NCBI GenBank assembly: GCA_002269645.1
Contig: NIVC01001331.1
Location: forward strand, 124,001 to 188,000
Length of the DNA stretch: 64,000 nucleotides
From: Macrostomum lignano
Taxonomy: Eukaryota
Reading direction: 5' to 3'
Part shown: one piece after another, positions 26,175 to 38,593 of the stretch
Layout: every line of letters begins with the position of its first letter
Position numbering within the stretch: the stretch's first letter is position 1
Notes under the pieces: generated by a model
The model's input: only the letters and a program-made list of their open reading frames with translations
What the model was told of the DNA's origin: nothing
Database searches by the model: none
Position numbers and translations under genes: made by a program

Positions 26175-26680
26175 TCCTGTCTCTCCATTTCTCCTGTCTC
26201 TCTCCTGTCTCTCCCTCTCCCCTGTCTCCCTCTCCCCTGTCTCTCCCTCTCTCCTGTCTCTCCCTCTCCCCTGTCTCTCCCTCTCCCCTGTCTCTCCCTC
26301 TCCCCTGTCTCCCTGTCCCCTGTCTCTCCCTCTCCTGTCTCTCCCTCTCTCCTGTCTCTCCCTCTCTCCTGTCTCCCTGTCCCCTGTCTCTCCCTCTCCC
26401 CTGTCTCCCTCTCCCCTGTCTCTCCCTCTCCCCTGTCTCTCCATTTCTCCTGTCTCTCCCTCTCCCCTGTCTCCCTCTCCCCTGTCTCTCCCTCTCCTGT
26501 CTCTCCCTCTCCTGTCTCTCCCTCCTGTCTCTCCTCCCCTGTCTCTCCCTCTCCCTGTCTCTCCCACTCCCTTTCTCTCTCTTTCGTGTCTTTCCCTCTT
26601 TTCTGTCTTTCCCTCTTTTCTGTCCCTCTTTTCTGTCTTTCCCTCCTGTCTGTCTTCCTCTCCCACCCAATCTCCCTATC
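26175..26680. repeat. CT-rich low-complexity repeat (CTCCCCTGTCTCTCC)n
   Basis: Polypyrimidine tract downstream of GSTZ1. The ORFs here are artefacts. Confidence 0.93.
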
Positions 26681-27591
26681 TCTATCTCTATTCTCTCTTT
26701 CTTCCGCCCTTCTATCTGTCTTCTAGGAATTAATCTCCTATCCCTGTCTTGCCTGTCCTACGAACGCAATTACACAGTCGTAGTTTGAATAACAATATAG
26801 CTCGCTTTAACATTAAAGTAAAATGCAATACATAGAGTAGTACTAATAGTAGTACCGATAATAATGCGTTTTGAGCTCGGTATTTTATGGTTTGCGTGCC
26901 AATCCTAGCTCCATTGCTGCAAAGCGTCGTGTGCTTGCGTCTGATGCAAGCCGATTAGTGCTTATCATTATTATATTTAGTATCCAGTATATTTATATAT
27001 ATCAAAATGACTGTTCGCTCCTTGAATCAATTTGACTGCTTTCAATGCTTATTTAATATGGACTATGTCGCCACTGTTTTATCTTGATTAATCTTTATTA
27101 CCAGATATCACGTAGCTATTTTCCAAGCGCAACTTTACACCGTTAATTAATTACTTTAAATTAGAATTAATTTTGTTTCAATTTTCAAATACAAGAAAAG
27201 CAGCTATTGAGTCATGTTTTATATTCCGGTATCTTTTTTGTTTCATTTTTTAAAGCTGTAAAAATCACCACTCTCTAATTGTCAGTAGTTTTTAGTAGTA
27301 TTTATAGCATCGCCCGATGTTGCTTATTTTAAAACTTTTACAATCCAACAATCTGCCTTGATGCCGCAGGTTGACGAGTTGGGCTATCGGCCCCAGCCGC
27401 CGGATCCCATGCTTTAAAATCCGCCCCGCATTGCGTCCAGCACTTGCTCTCCCTGCTCACTGAACTTACTTTCTTTCCAATCGATCTGTGTCGTCTGTCA
27501 ACTCTCGGCCTACAATCGCCAGTCGCGATTGCTGGACACGAGAGCCGTAGCGCAGGAGGGCGGAGGTTCAAGCCTTCAAAAAGCCCGCTAA

Positions 27592-30045
27592 ATGTCTTTC
27601 ACCGATCTGTTGTCGAGCTCGCGGAGCTTGCCGTCGCTGTCGCTGGTGTTGAATAGCCCGGATGTTGGCTTCTCGCTGGTGTTCGCCTGTCCCCGGCCCG
27701 AGGACAATTTCACTCACTGCTACTCGTACGAGGAGGATGACGGCCTGCTGGAATTGATGGAGCTGGGCTACCTGCCCACCTACCTGCTCGATTATCTGCG
27801 CGGCTATCCCGACATCTTCCAGACTGACGTTGGCGACGGCGGCGGCGCCGGTGTCGCTTTGGATGTGGTCGACGTTCGCCAATCGAAGACTAATCCAACT
27901 AGACGGCGGCTGGCTCTGAGACCGACTCACGAGTTCCTGTGGGACCAGATTCGACAGCAGGTCGGCGGCGGCGGCCCGGGCCGTCGGCATCTAACACCGC
28001 TAGAGGCCGAAGCTGAGGCAATCAATGCGGCCGAATCAGCTACGCCGCTCGACCTTCAGCCGCCGATGCCGACAGACCAAGCCGGTAGCAACGAGTGCCC
28101 CCGCCTGCTGGCCTATCTGCAGAGCCGCCTGGACGAGCGCAGCGTCGGTCGGCAGCGTCGACAAGCGAAGCGTCAATTATTAGCCGATTATTCGCACGAG
28201 GCCCAGCGCCGGCAGGCGTTGAACTTGCCGGCCCCGCCGTCGCCGAGCCAGGTGGAGGAGGATCCGAGCTTGTCAGCTGCGTTCCAGCGGCCGACACTGC
28301 GACCGGCTAGGCCGTCCGTGCGCGACCTACTTGGCAGTCGGCGCGGCAATCAATCTGTCGATTTTTGGCGACCAACCTACCAGTTGGCTGAGGAGGAGCA
28401 AAGGCGGCACGAGTCTGGGTTGCGCCAGCCTCCCCTGAATCCGCAGGTGTTCCCGCCGGATCGAACTGTGCCAAGTAGCGCCGCCGCAGCGTCTGCTGCC
28501 GGTCAACCGCCGCAGATCGGCGACGTCGAATTTTCCGACACCGTTGTTGAAGAGGTGGAAGTCAGAGTCCAGCCGGGTCACCGGTGTCCCTACCTGCACC
28601 GGCTTAAGGTGTTGAAACGCCGACCCGATGGCAGACATTTCGGTCACTTCACCGTTGAGAAACTGGCGCCAGGCGCCGGTCTGCCCGGCCAGCGTCCAGA
28701 AGAGCCAGTCCGTTACTCGGCTGAGCTTGGCCGGGCCGCCTCAGTTCGAGTGTTTCTTCGACAATACGCCGACCTGCTCACCGACCGAGGCCGGCATCAG
28801 GCTGAGGTTGTCCGCCGGCAGCCCGGCCTGCCGCCCCAGAAGATTAACACTCCGCAGCTGTTGATGCCGCAGCACGCCGCTGTACTTCAAACCTCTTCTA
28901 TGCCGCCGCCGCCGCCTCCACCACCGCCGCCTTCTGCACATCCGCCTGCGCCTGCGCCGCCGCAACCTCAGCCTCAGCCTACGCCGTCTCAATCACAGGC
29001 GCCTCTGCTAACGGCCTCGCTGTCGCAGACTGTGGTTGCCGCTCCGCTAGCCAAACCGCTGCCGCCGCCGTCTCGATTTCCTGTGCAGACTGCGGTTGCT
29101 GGCGCCGCCGCCTCTCCGCTGCAGATTGTAACTGGCGGCGGCGCCACCTCCAACGCGTCTGTGGTTCCAGTGAAGACTATGCCGCACAATAGGGCAGCTC
29201 ACCTGTTGCCTAATGGCACCGCGGCTATGGCAGCCACCTCTCTTATGCAGCCGCCGCCGCAGCCGCCGCAGCATCCCCGGCGTCAGCAGCAGCATCAGTT
29301 ACATCAGCAACAGCAGCAGCAACAGTTGAATTTGGTGCCAACCACAGCAATATTCCAAGGCTCAACAGTTCCAACTGGCAGTCTGGTTTCCGTATCACCG
29401 GCCGGTTCAGTTCGATTCCAGGGTTCCACCGCTGCGCAGGCAGCTGTGGGTGCCGCAGCCGGCGCCGCGCAGCACTCAACGCAGGCCTTGACGACGGTGG
29501 CCTTCGGCGGGCAGCAGGCTGGCCAGGCCCTGACTGCAGTCACCTACGGAGCGCCACATCAGATGGCGGCGGTGGTGGCAACGCAGCCGTTTTATCGGCC
29601 AGGTCCGCCTCCACCTCACCACCAACAGGTGCACCAGATTCAACAGGTGCCGCATGTGCAACAGGTTCAACATGTTCAGCATGTGCAGCAAGTGCATCAC
29701 CTTCAGCATCATCATCATCAGCAGCAGCAGCAGAACAGAATTCGCCTGTCAGCTCAGCTGTTGCATAACCGGCCGCGAATACAGGTGCTTACTGGGCAGA
29801 GGCTGCCAGTAACGGTGGCGCAGCAGCAGCAGCATCAGCAGCAGCTGGACCCGCAGCAACAACAGCAGTTCGCTCAGCTGCACTATCACAATAATCATCA
29901 TCACAGTCAACAACAGCAGCAGCATCAGCAGCAACAGCACCTGCAGCCCGGCATGCTGGGTGCGCCGCCAGGCGCTAAACCAGCTGTACATAGCCTGGGC
30001 CATCATCCGCCACCAATGCAGCTGCATCTTCAGCAGCCGCCCTAG
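27592..30045 (+). CDS. SUPT20H: SAGA complex subunit Spt20 homolog, 817 aa, single coding exon, with P/Q/H-rich C-terminal half
   Basis: The N-terminus fits the Spt20 domain pattern: LSLVLNSPDVGFSL, YEEDDGLLELMELGYLPTYLLDYL, DVVDVRQ, LALRPT, TPLDLQP. A second conserved block is ELGRAASVRVFLRQYADLLTDRGR. Polyglutamine tail. Confidence 0.8.
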   Translation: MSFTDLLSSSRSLPSLSLVLNSPDVGFSLVFACPRPEDNFTHCYSYEEDDGLLELMELGYLPTYLLDYLRGYPDIFQTDVGDGGGAGVALDVVDVRQSKTNPTRRRLALRPTHEFLWDQIRQQVGGGGPGRRHLTPLEAEAEAINAAESATPLDLQPPMPTDQAGSNECPRLLAYLQSRLDERSVGRQRRQAKRQLLADYSHEAQRRQALNLPAPPSPSQVEEDPSLSAAFQRPTLRPARPSVRDLLGSRRGNQSVDFWRPTYQLAEEEQRRHESGLRQPPLNPQVFPPDRTVPSSAAAASAAGQPPQIGDVEFSDTVVEEVEVRVQPGHRCPYLHRLKVLKRRPDGRHFGHFTVEKLAPGAGLPGQRPEEPVRYSAELGRAASVRVFLRQYADLLTDRGRHQAEVVRRQPGLPPQKINTPQLLMPQHAAVLQTSSMPPPPPPPPPPSAHPPAPAPPQPQPQPTPSQSQAPLLTASLSQTVVAAPLAKPLPPPSRFPVQTAVAGAAASPLQIVTGGGATSNASVVPVKTMPHNRAAHLLPNGTAAMAATSLMQPPPQPPQHPRRQQQHQLHQQQQQQQLNLVPTTAIFQGSTVPTGSLVSVSPAGSVRFQGSTAAQAAVGAAAGAAQHSTQALTTVAFGGQQAGQALTAVTYGAPHQMAAVVATQPFYRPGPPPPHHQQVHQIQQVPHVQQVQHVQHVQQVHHLQHHHHQQQQQNRIRLSAQLLHNRPRIQVLTGQRLPVTVAQQQQHQQQLDPQQQQQFAQLHYHNNHHHSQQQQQHQQQQHLQPGMLGAPPGAKPAVHSLGHHPPPMQLHLQQPP

Positions 30046-30728
30046 GGTTAGGATAAGTGCAAACAAACACAGCCTGTGATGCCCCACCCGCTGCAGAATT
30101 AACCGCCCGTGTGCTTTTGGATCGTCGTAAATTAGATATGGCTACTGCTATAACTGACTAATTTTGTGCATAGTTTTTTATTCCCGTTCGCTACTACTTC
30201 AAGCAGTGGGGTACGAGTAGTCAATTGATCAGATTAAACAATAACTGTAACATACTTTTTATTAGTAAGGAGATTTCTGGGCTGTTTTTCTCTGTTTTCT
30301 ATTAAATATTCGCATAAAAATTCAATCTGTCGCTATATCCAATACCCGCTGTGCATTTGTTTAACGGTTTAGTTTTTTTATAAATATCTCAGTTTCTTTA
30401 GCTTGTCAAGCCGCTCAATGTAGCGATTTAAAGTGGCGCGTTCTACTGTAAAACTGGGAATATTCTTGGCTTAAGATTTATATATGAGTGGCTCATAAAT
30501 TTGCTTTCATGATTGCCCATGTCATCTATAAATAATAACTGAGTGCTATTCTGTATAGAGCGCGTGCTACACTGTTTCTACTGACAGATCCCCGTGTGCT
30601 TCTATATCTGTACCTGCTACTGAGTGTACAATGCTGCATTGTCCTTTCAATTTATTATCTATTTGCTTCTATTTTGCACCAACTCCATTCTAATAGTTTA
30701 ACAGCATTTGTTCCACTCACTCTCCCTG

Positions 30729-31465
<737 letters not shown>

Positions 31466-32394
31466 TTTGTTCTGCTTTTATTTCTTCCCATTCTCCCCCT
31501 ATCGCTCAACCGCTCTGCCTATCTGCCCCGTCTCTCTCACGTCTCAATCATATCTCAGTGGCTCTTCAATCTGTCTCCTTTCTAGTCCCGTATCTATTTA
31601 ACTTCGCGTCTGGTTTAGCGTTTTGTGGTTGTAATATTTTTCCAAACCGATTCCAGTTAAAATTTGTCCCATTTTGTTCAGTTGTGTGGCTGTTCGTTGC
31701 CTCTGTATCGCCAGCCAGTATCGCTTCTCTACTACTGATAATACAATCGTAAAATACATGTAGCTGTTCACATTACCCGCCAGCCAGCCGGCGAGCAGTT
31801 TGCGGCACTTGAATCTATAAATATATATTTTCTCTGCATTATTGTAAAACAGCCCGAGCCCTTTCCCTGTGCGTTTTGTAATCGCCGCTCTTTCTATTCT
31901 GTTGAAACATGATTGGACTTGCTTGCTACTCGCGTATGAACTTCAATCAGATGCCGCTTTATAAAGTGCTATCTGTGTGCAGAGCGCTTAATTTCATCAG
32001 TTTCGTGTGCGTGTGTTTGTTTTGAATTATTGAGTACAAATATATATATGTTTATACTTATATTTGTCAAGTTATTTAACTACCTAATACCCGTATATTG
32101 TTGATTGATTGTCTATAACTGATTGCAGAATTCGGTCTTTACTCCATTTGCCAGGATTTATTGTGTGTGAACGGTGAGCGATTGCTCAACTGCTGGACTT
32201 GCCTACCTTTATCCCTCTTGCATAGTAATATCAGGTATTGGAAACGAAAATATTGATTTAAAGCATCATCACTCTGTATCTAAACTGCTGGCCAAATCTA
32301 AATTTAGGTGCCTTTGCGTTAGTTATTAGTTAACTATTTTTTTACTCGCTTAGTCACTTTCTTAGTTTATTAGTTTGTCAGATAGTCAATCAGA

Positions 32395-32404
32395 TAGTTA
32401 GTAA

Positions 32405-32453
<49 letters not shown>

Positions 32454-32537
32454 CAGTCAGTTAGTTGGTTAGTTGGTTAGTTGTTAGTTAGTTAGTTAGT
32501 TAGTTAGTCAGTCAGTTAGTTGGTTAGTTGGTTAGTT

Positions 32538-32570
<33 letters not shown>

Positions 32571-32571
32571 C

Positions 32572-32619
<48 letters not shown>

Positions 32620-32880
32620 CAGTCAGTTAGTTGGTTAGTTGGTTAGTTGTTAGTTAGTTGGTTAGTCAGTTAGTTAGTTGGTTAGTTAGTTAGTTAGTCA
32701 GTTAGTTTGTCAGTTAGTCAGTTAGTCAGTCAGTCAGTTAGTTACTTAGTTAGTTACCTAGTCAGTTAGTTAGTTAGCTAGTTAGTTAGTTAGTTAGTTG
32801 GTTAGTCAGTCAGTCAATCAGTCAGTTAGTCAGTCAGTTAGTTTGTCAGTTAGTTTTCAGTTAGTCAGTTAGTTACTCAG
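32395..32880. repeat. (TTAG)n microsatellite with TCAG/TTGG variants
   Basis: Directly visible. Confidence 0.97.
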
Positions 32881-33284
32881 TCCGTTGACATTGTCGACAA
32901 TGTTGACGTCAAGGTGGCAGTTGCCCGCAATTATTAGCAAGGAGGCAAGTGGCTAAATTACCGCAACCAATTCAACACAACACACACGGATGTACTGCGG
33001 CACTGAGTTTCTCATCAAACATTTGTGTACACAATGCACTGCACTCTCGGTGTCTTTCTGGAGATTGGTCCTCATGGCATCAATTGCACAAGCTTCTGGC
33101 CAAAGTGCGCGAACCTCATAGTTGGATGCGTTTTACCCTCCTCACTCGCGACTTCCCCTAAGCCGAAGCAATGCCATTTCTATGCAAGAAAGCATTGAGT
33201 ATAAAAAGGCATGGTCTTATGGTTGTCAAAAGGCCTCCAGGTGTTTCCAAATCAAGCTTCGATCCCAGCCTGCCAATCTAATTT

Positions 33285-34165
33285 AATGGATGATGATCTG
33301 ACATGATGGATGATGAACTGCCATGATGGATGATGATCTCACATGATGGATGATGATCTCACATGATGGATGATGATCTAACATGATGGATGATGATCTG
33401 ACATGATGGATGATGATCTGACATGATGGATGATGATCTGACATGATGGATGATGATCTGACATGATGGATGATGATCTGACATGATGGATGATGAACTG
33501 ACATGATGGATGATGATCTGACATGATGGATGATGATCTAACATGATGGATGATGAACTGCCATGATGGATGATGATCTCACATGATGGATGATGATCTG
33601 ACATGATGGATGATGATCTCACATGATGGATGATGAACTGCCATGATGGATGATGATCTGACATGATGGATGATGATCTCACATGATGGATGATGATCTC
33701 ACATGATGGATGATGATCTGACATGATGGATGATGATCTGACATGATGGATGATGATCTGACATGATGGATGATGATCTAACATGATGGATGATGAACTG
33801 CCATGATGGATGATGATCTCACATGATGGATGATGATCTGACATGATGGATGATGAACTGCCATGATGGATGATGATCTCACATGATGGATGATGAACTG
33901 ACATGATGGATGATGATCTGACATGATGGATGATGATCTCACATGATGGATGATGATCTCACATGATGGATGATGATCTCACATGATGAATGATGATCTG
34001 ACATGATGGATGATGATCTCACATGATGGATGATGAACTGCCATGATGGATGATGATCTCACATGATGGATGATGATCTGACATGATGGATGATGATCTG
34101 ACATGGTGGATGATGATCTCACATTATGGGTGATGATCTCACATGGTGGATGATGATCTGACATG
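33285..34165. repeat. 20-bp minisatellite (ACATGATGGATGATGATCTG), about 44 copies
   Basis: Direct tandem copies. Confidence 0.97.
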
Positions 34166-34680
34166 TTGAATAAGGGATGCATTGCTTTGTTTAACTGCTT
34201 TTCTAGTCCAATTTCTTACATGAATTAATTTCTGCCTCCACCCGGTGCGCATGTTATAATCTACATGGCCATGAGGATCTGCAGTGAACAAATAATTTTA
34301 GGCTCATGAAATTACGTCTTATAGATAAGGTCCCAAATGAAGCGGACCGTTCGATTGGATTCTATAAAACTCAGCAGAATCCAATGGATCCTGCTATATT
34401 GTATAGTTGGTCCATTTGAGCACTTGCTGCTGCTCTCAGTGAGCGGAACTTCTCTCTCGTATTTGCCGAAGATAAGGACACTGTGGAGTAGAGCGGCAAG
34501 CTTGGCTATTGCGCGTTAGTTCCATGTTGTGTTTTATCGCGTTGCCAATGCTTATATTTCTTCGCGCTCGTCTTTCTCGGGAGTTTATTACGAGCGCATT
34601 ATTGCACCGTTGGTTGAAGAGGCGAAGCGTTTGGAAATAGACTTCCGAAAACCTTAGCACATTTAGCATTACAAACCAGC

Positions 34681-36288
34681 ATGTATCTTGTAGATAATTG
34701 GACATACGCGTGCGCTGTTGTCATTATGACAATGACAATAAGTAGCAGTTTGTGCTTCCCTAATCCAGAGCTGGATCTCCAGAGTCGGGTCTTGGTGGAT
34801 GGCAATGGTTCACTTAGTGAAGCCCCAAAAAGTATTAGAAAGTTGCAAAATCAATTCTCAGGACCTCAATCCAATATACAAGCAAGCGGCCTAAATAAAG
34901 AGTCAGAAGACTCCACCACTGTGTCGAATCCAGAACCAGATGTGACATCACCGACTCAGCCACCGGAAGGAGACTCAACCACTATGTCGAATACGGAACC
35001 AGATGTGACATCACCGAGTCAGCCACCGGAAGGAGACTCAACCACTATGTCGAATACGGAACCAGATGTGACATCACCGACTCAGCCACCGGAAGGAGAC
35101 TCAACCACTATGTCGAATACGGAACCAGATGTGACATCACCGACTCAGCCACCGGAAGGAGACTCAACCACTATGTCGAATACGGAACCAGATGTGACAT
35201 CACCGACTCAGCCACCGGAAGGAGACTCAACCACTGTGTCGAATACGGAACCAGAGGGGACCTCACCGACTCAGCCACCGGAAGGAGACTCAACCACTGT
35301 GTCGAATACGGAACCAGAGGGGACCTCACCGACTCAGCCACCGGAAGGAGACTCAACCACTATGTCGAATACGGAACCAGAGGGGACCTCACCGAGTCAG
35401 CCACCGGAAGGAGACTCAACCACTATGTCGAATACGGAACCAGATGTGACATCACCGAGTCAGCCACCGGAAGGAGACTCAACCACTATGTCGAATACGG
35501 AACCAGATGTGACATCACCGACTCAGCCACCGGAAGGAGACTCAACCACTATGTCGAATACGGAACCAGATGTGACATCACCGAGTCAGCCACCGGAAGG
35601 AGACTCAACCACTATGTCGAATACGGAACCAGAGGGGACCTCACCGAGTCAGCCACCGGAAGGAGACTCAACCACTATGTCGAATACGGAACCAGAGGGG
35701 ACCTCACCGACTCAGCCACCGGAAGGAGACTCAACCACTATGTCGAATACGGAACCAGAGGGGACCTCACCGAGTCAGCCACCGGAAGGAGACTCAACCA
35801 CTATGTCGAATACGGAACCAGAGGGGACCTCACCGACTCAGCCACCGGAAGGAGACTCAACCACTATGTCGAATACGGAACCAGATGTGACATCCCCGAC
35901 TCAGCCAACAGAAGAAAGCTCAACAGAAGTCACGACAGATGCTACCCTCAATTCTACAAGTACAATTGCACCAGAAACGAAGCCTGAAGACAACACCAAC
36001 TCATGTAAGCGTTCTTTTTCTATCAAATTTTCGTTACAAACTGACGCACATAATATCGTAAGAAAAATTTGTCATTCCAGGGGCGGTACCAGTTTTGATT
36101 ACAATCTGCACCTTGTTTGTGATCAGTCTTGGTGTTCTCACCTTTTTTGGCTGGCGTCTGATGAAAATCAGGTAGGTAGTCACAAGTCGCGTGTCGCTCA
36201 CGGGCTGGCTTATATATACAGCGACCATGAATTCAGAATGGATTCGGTGTCCGCTACATGTACCTTAGTGCGTCCAAAAAGTTCTTAG
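34681..36288 (+). CDS. Putative secreted acidic mucin-like protein, 535 aa: hydrophobic N-terminus, 16 x 21-aa repeats (EGDSTTMSNTEPDVTSPTQPP), roughly 100-aa Cys-containing C-terminal domain; last residues supplied by a MITE
   Basis: The 1.6-kb ORF is open in unique sequence on both sides of the 63-bp repeat, the unit length is a multiple of 3, and the N-terminus ACAVVIMTMTISSSLC is signal-peptide-like. No family was recognised with certainty. Confidence 0.75.
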   Translation: MYLVDNWTYACAVVIMTMTISSSLCFPNPELDLQSRVLVDGNGSLSEAPKSIRKLQNQFSGPQSNIQASGLNKESEDSTTVSNPEPDVTSPTQPPEGDSTTMSNTEPDVTSPSQPPEGDSTTMSNTEPDVTSPTQPPEGDSTTMSNTEPDVTSPTQPPEGDSTTMSNTEPDVTSPTQPPEGDSTTVSNTEPEGTSPTQPPEGDSTTVSNTEPEGTSPTQPPEGDSTTMSNTEPEGTSPSQPPEGDSTTMSNTEPDVTSPSQPPEGDSTTMSNTEPDVTSPTQPPEGDSTTMSNTEPDVTSPSQPPEGDSTTMSNTEPEGTSPSQPPEGDSTTMSNTEPEGTSPTQPPEGDSTTMSNTEPEGTSPSQPPEGDSTTMSNTEPEGTSPTQPPEGDSTTMSNTEPDVTSPTQPTEESSTEVTTDATLNSTSTIAPETKPEDNTNSCKRSFSIKFSLQTDAHNIVRKICHSRGGTSFDYNLHLVCDQSWCSHLFWLASDENQVGSHKSRVAHGLAYIYSDHEFRMDSVSATCTLVRPKSS

Positions 36289-36917
36289 ACACCCCTCATA
36301 TCTCTGCATCTGTTCGATGGGTCTTGATAAAAAATTACAGAAACATGAACCTATATGTAATGAATTCAGTGCTAAAGTTTCAGCTTAATCGGGTTGACAG
36401 AGCAAAAGCAATCAATCATTTACTGAGGAACCTACGAAATTAGCAATACGATTTTAAACAACAAAATGTAAAAGTTATCGAGCAAACAGTTCAAACTGGG
36501 AAGTTCCAGAACTTCAAGAAACAGAACACCAATCGTGAAAATCTTCAAAGTAATCGCCATTCCCTTATGCTGCTTACTGCTTTGTTATTTTTGCTCTTTA
36601 ATCTATGGCTAAGCCTTCACAGCTTGCCAGTAATTATTAATCAAACAATACTTGGCGAAAGCAGCGATGTTTTTTATTCATTTTCTAAAAAATCAGCTGC
36701 GATTTTCCCACTGGGGTCCAGATTCGATGCTCTTCAAAAATCGCATTGATAATTTTGTGGTTTCCTCAGTAAATGATCGATTGATTTTGCTCTGTCAACC
36801 CGATTAAGCTGAATTCAATCATATAGGCCCATATATGTGTAATTTTTTTATCAAAATAACTCAAACAGATGTCGAGGTATGAAGGGCCTGTCTAAGAACA
36901 TTTTGGACGCACTAAGG
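36263..36917. mobile_element. 655-bp Tc1/mariner-type MITE with long (about 170-185 bp) imperfect TIRs
   Basis: The left end CCTTAGTGCGTCCAAAAAGTTCTTAGACA matches the reverse complement of the right end TGTCTAAGAACATTTTGGACGCACTAAGG. The inner TIR CAGCTTAATCGGGTTGACAGAGCAAAA also matches. TA duplication at 36261-62 and 36918-19 lies within a palindromic ATGTACAT target. Confidence 0.9.
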
Positions 36918-37938
36918 TACATTTGTCTATGGTCCATGTACAAAGGGGTTGTAGCCAAGGATCAATATACAGGAATATAAGATCTATGCTTGAAGCCTCG
37001 TGGTTAGAGCGCCAGACTCGCGACTAAAGGGACTAGAAATCTTCATATCTGGAGGCTCAAAATTGCCATGATCGGGAAACAAACAAACCATGATCGGTGA
37101 TATTTATAAGCTTTTACATAGTAAGAAAATCAATTCTTTGAAGGTTGGCCCATAAGACTTTTTTCACCTGTAGCTTTTGTTTCTAAAAACTGGTCCCAAG
37201 GAGCTCGTACAGAATAAAATACGATAAACCTGCGTATTACAGAAAAGTGATTGCGAACACGACCAATGCTTCGAACAACAACAACAACAACTACGGGGCC
37301 AGGGACAACCCTGCCTACATCGGCAATGCAGACGAAGGCAATAATAATCGTGCTGCTTCTGGGCGATTTCAGCCAAGGCGATCTACTGAGCCTTAAGAAT
37401 AGTGTTCTTTCACTATGCTTTTCTGACAGCACATTGGTACAGAAACTATCCTCAAAGCTGATGAAAAATGCACTGCTTCTTGCTGTATATTCCGGATATT
37501 GAATAATTTATTTACATGTACGTGCTTCTCCTACAGCCGCTCCTTGACTTGATTAAAGAAGGCACAGTTTTGCTAAGAACTCCTGCGGCTAACTTTATTC
37601 GTGATTATTTCATATACCTATCATATACCTAAATATGCTATTAATGCTATCCCTAGTATATTTAGTTGGTATTACGTTAATTATTCCTAATTATGGTACC
37701 AATTCTCTGCCTATAGCCAATGATAATATTCTGTAATATCTCATATCGCCTTATGGCAGAGTTTCCTTTAGCGCCTTCATGTGATATAAGGTCAGCGGCC
37801 GCCAGGATATGCAAAGCTTTCAAGGTCTCAAGACCCCAAAGGTCTCAAAGATGCAACTTTAAATCACTTATAGACGGTCGACCTCTTTTTTCCTATTTTA
37901 TGTACACGTGTAACAGATTCGATCATGCAGCTTCTTAA

Positions 37939-38525
37939 TAACAGCAACAACAACAACCATCACCACAACAAGAACCACCACCACAACAACAACAACAACA
38001 ACAACAACAAAATACACGCAGTCCCCCAGTTAGTCTGTGTGGAGGGAGCGTCAGATGGCGCGGAGCTGAAGCGCCAGCGAGCGACCAAAGTCCGGCCCAT
38101 TGACGGTTTCGGGTGCCCCAGCATCGCTAAGGATGCAGTCCGTACATGTATCTCCGGGTCCTCGCTTGACCCCGCCTAAACGGTCCCGGCAACAAAAGTG
38201 AGTAGCAGCTGACGTCCTCGGGAAAATTAGGCTTGGGGCAGCAGTTCTCAGCCCGGATCACGTGGCCTGCCAGTTGAAGTCGCCTCTGATGCAGGATGGT
38301 GCATGGTCGTTGCAGCTGGGCCAACCGGAGTGCGCCGAGAGTCCAGCTGCCTTTCCAGCGTGGCCGTCGATCAGCGTCCACGTCTCGGGCGTTGTACAGC
38401 AGGACGATCTCGACTACTGCCTGCCACAGCCCTCTGGCGGTCGGGCAGCGCCCAGGCGAGCCGGACGTCGTCCTCATAACGTTGGCACCAGGCCGCTGAG
38501 GTAGATGAACTGCCGGCGGCACGCA
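37939..38525 (-). mobile_element. 5'-truncated RTE-clade LINE 3' end with (TTG)n tail
   Basis: Minus strand reads AVVEIVLLYNA/ETWTL (across a frameshift), RRLQLAGHVIR and PGPFRRGQARTRRY. The tail appears as (AAC)n at 37940-38010. Candidate TSD is AGCTTCTTAA (37929-38) and AGCTTTTTAA (38526-35). Confidence 0.85.
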
Positions 38526-38593
38526 AGCTTTTTAAGTAAAATATTTTTTGAGCCATAAGCACCTATATTTTCTTTAAAAATACCTATAAACAA

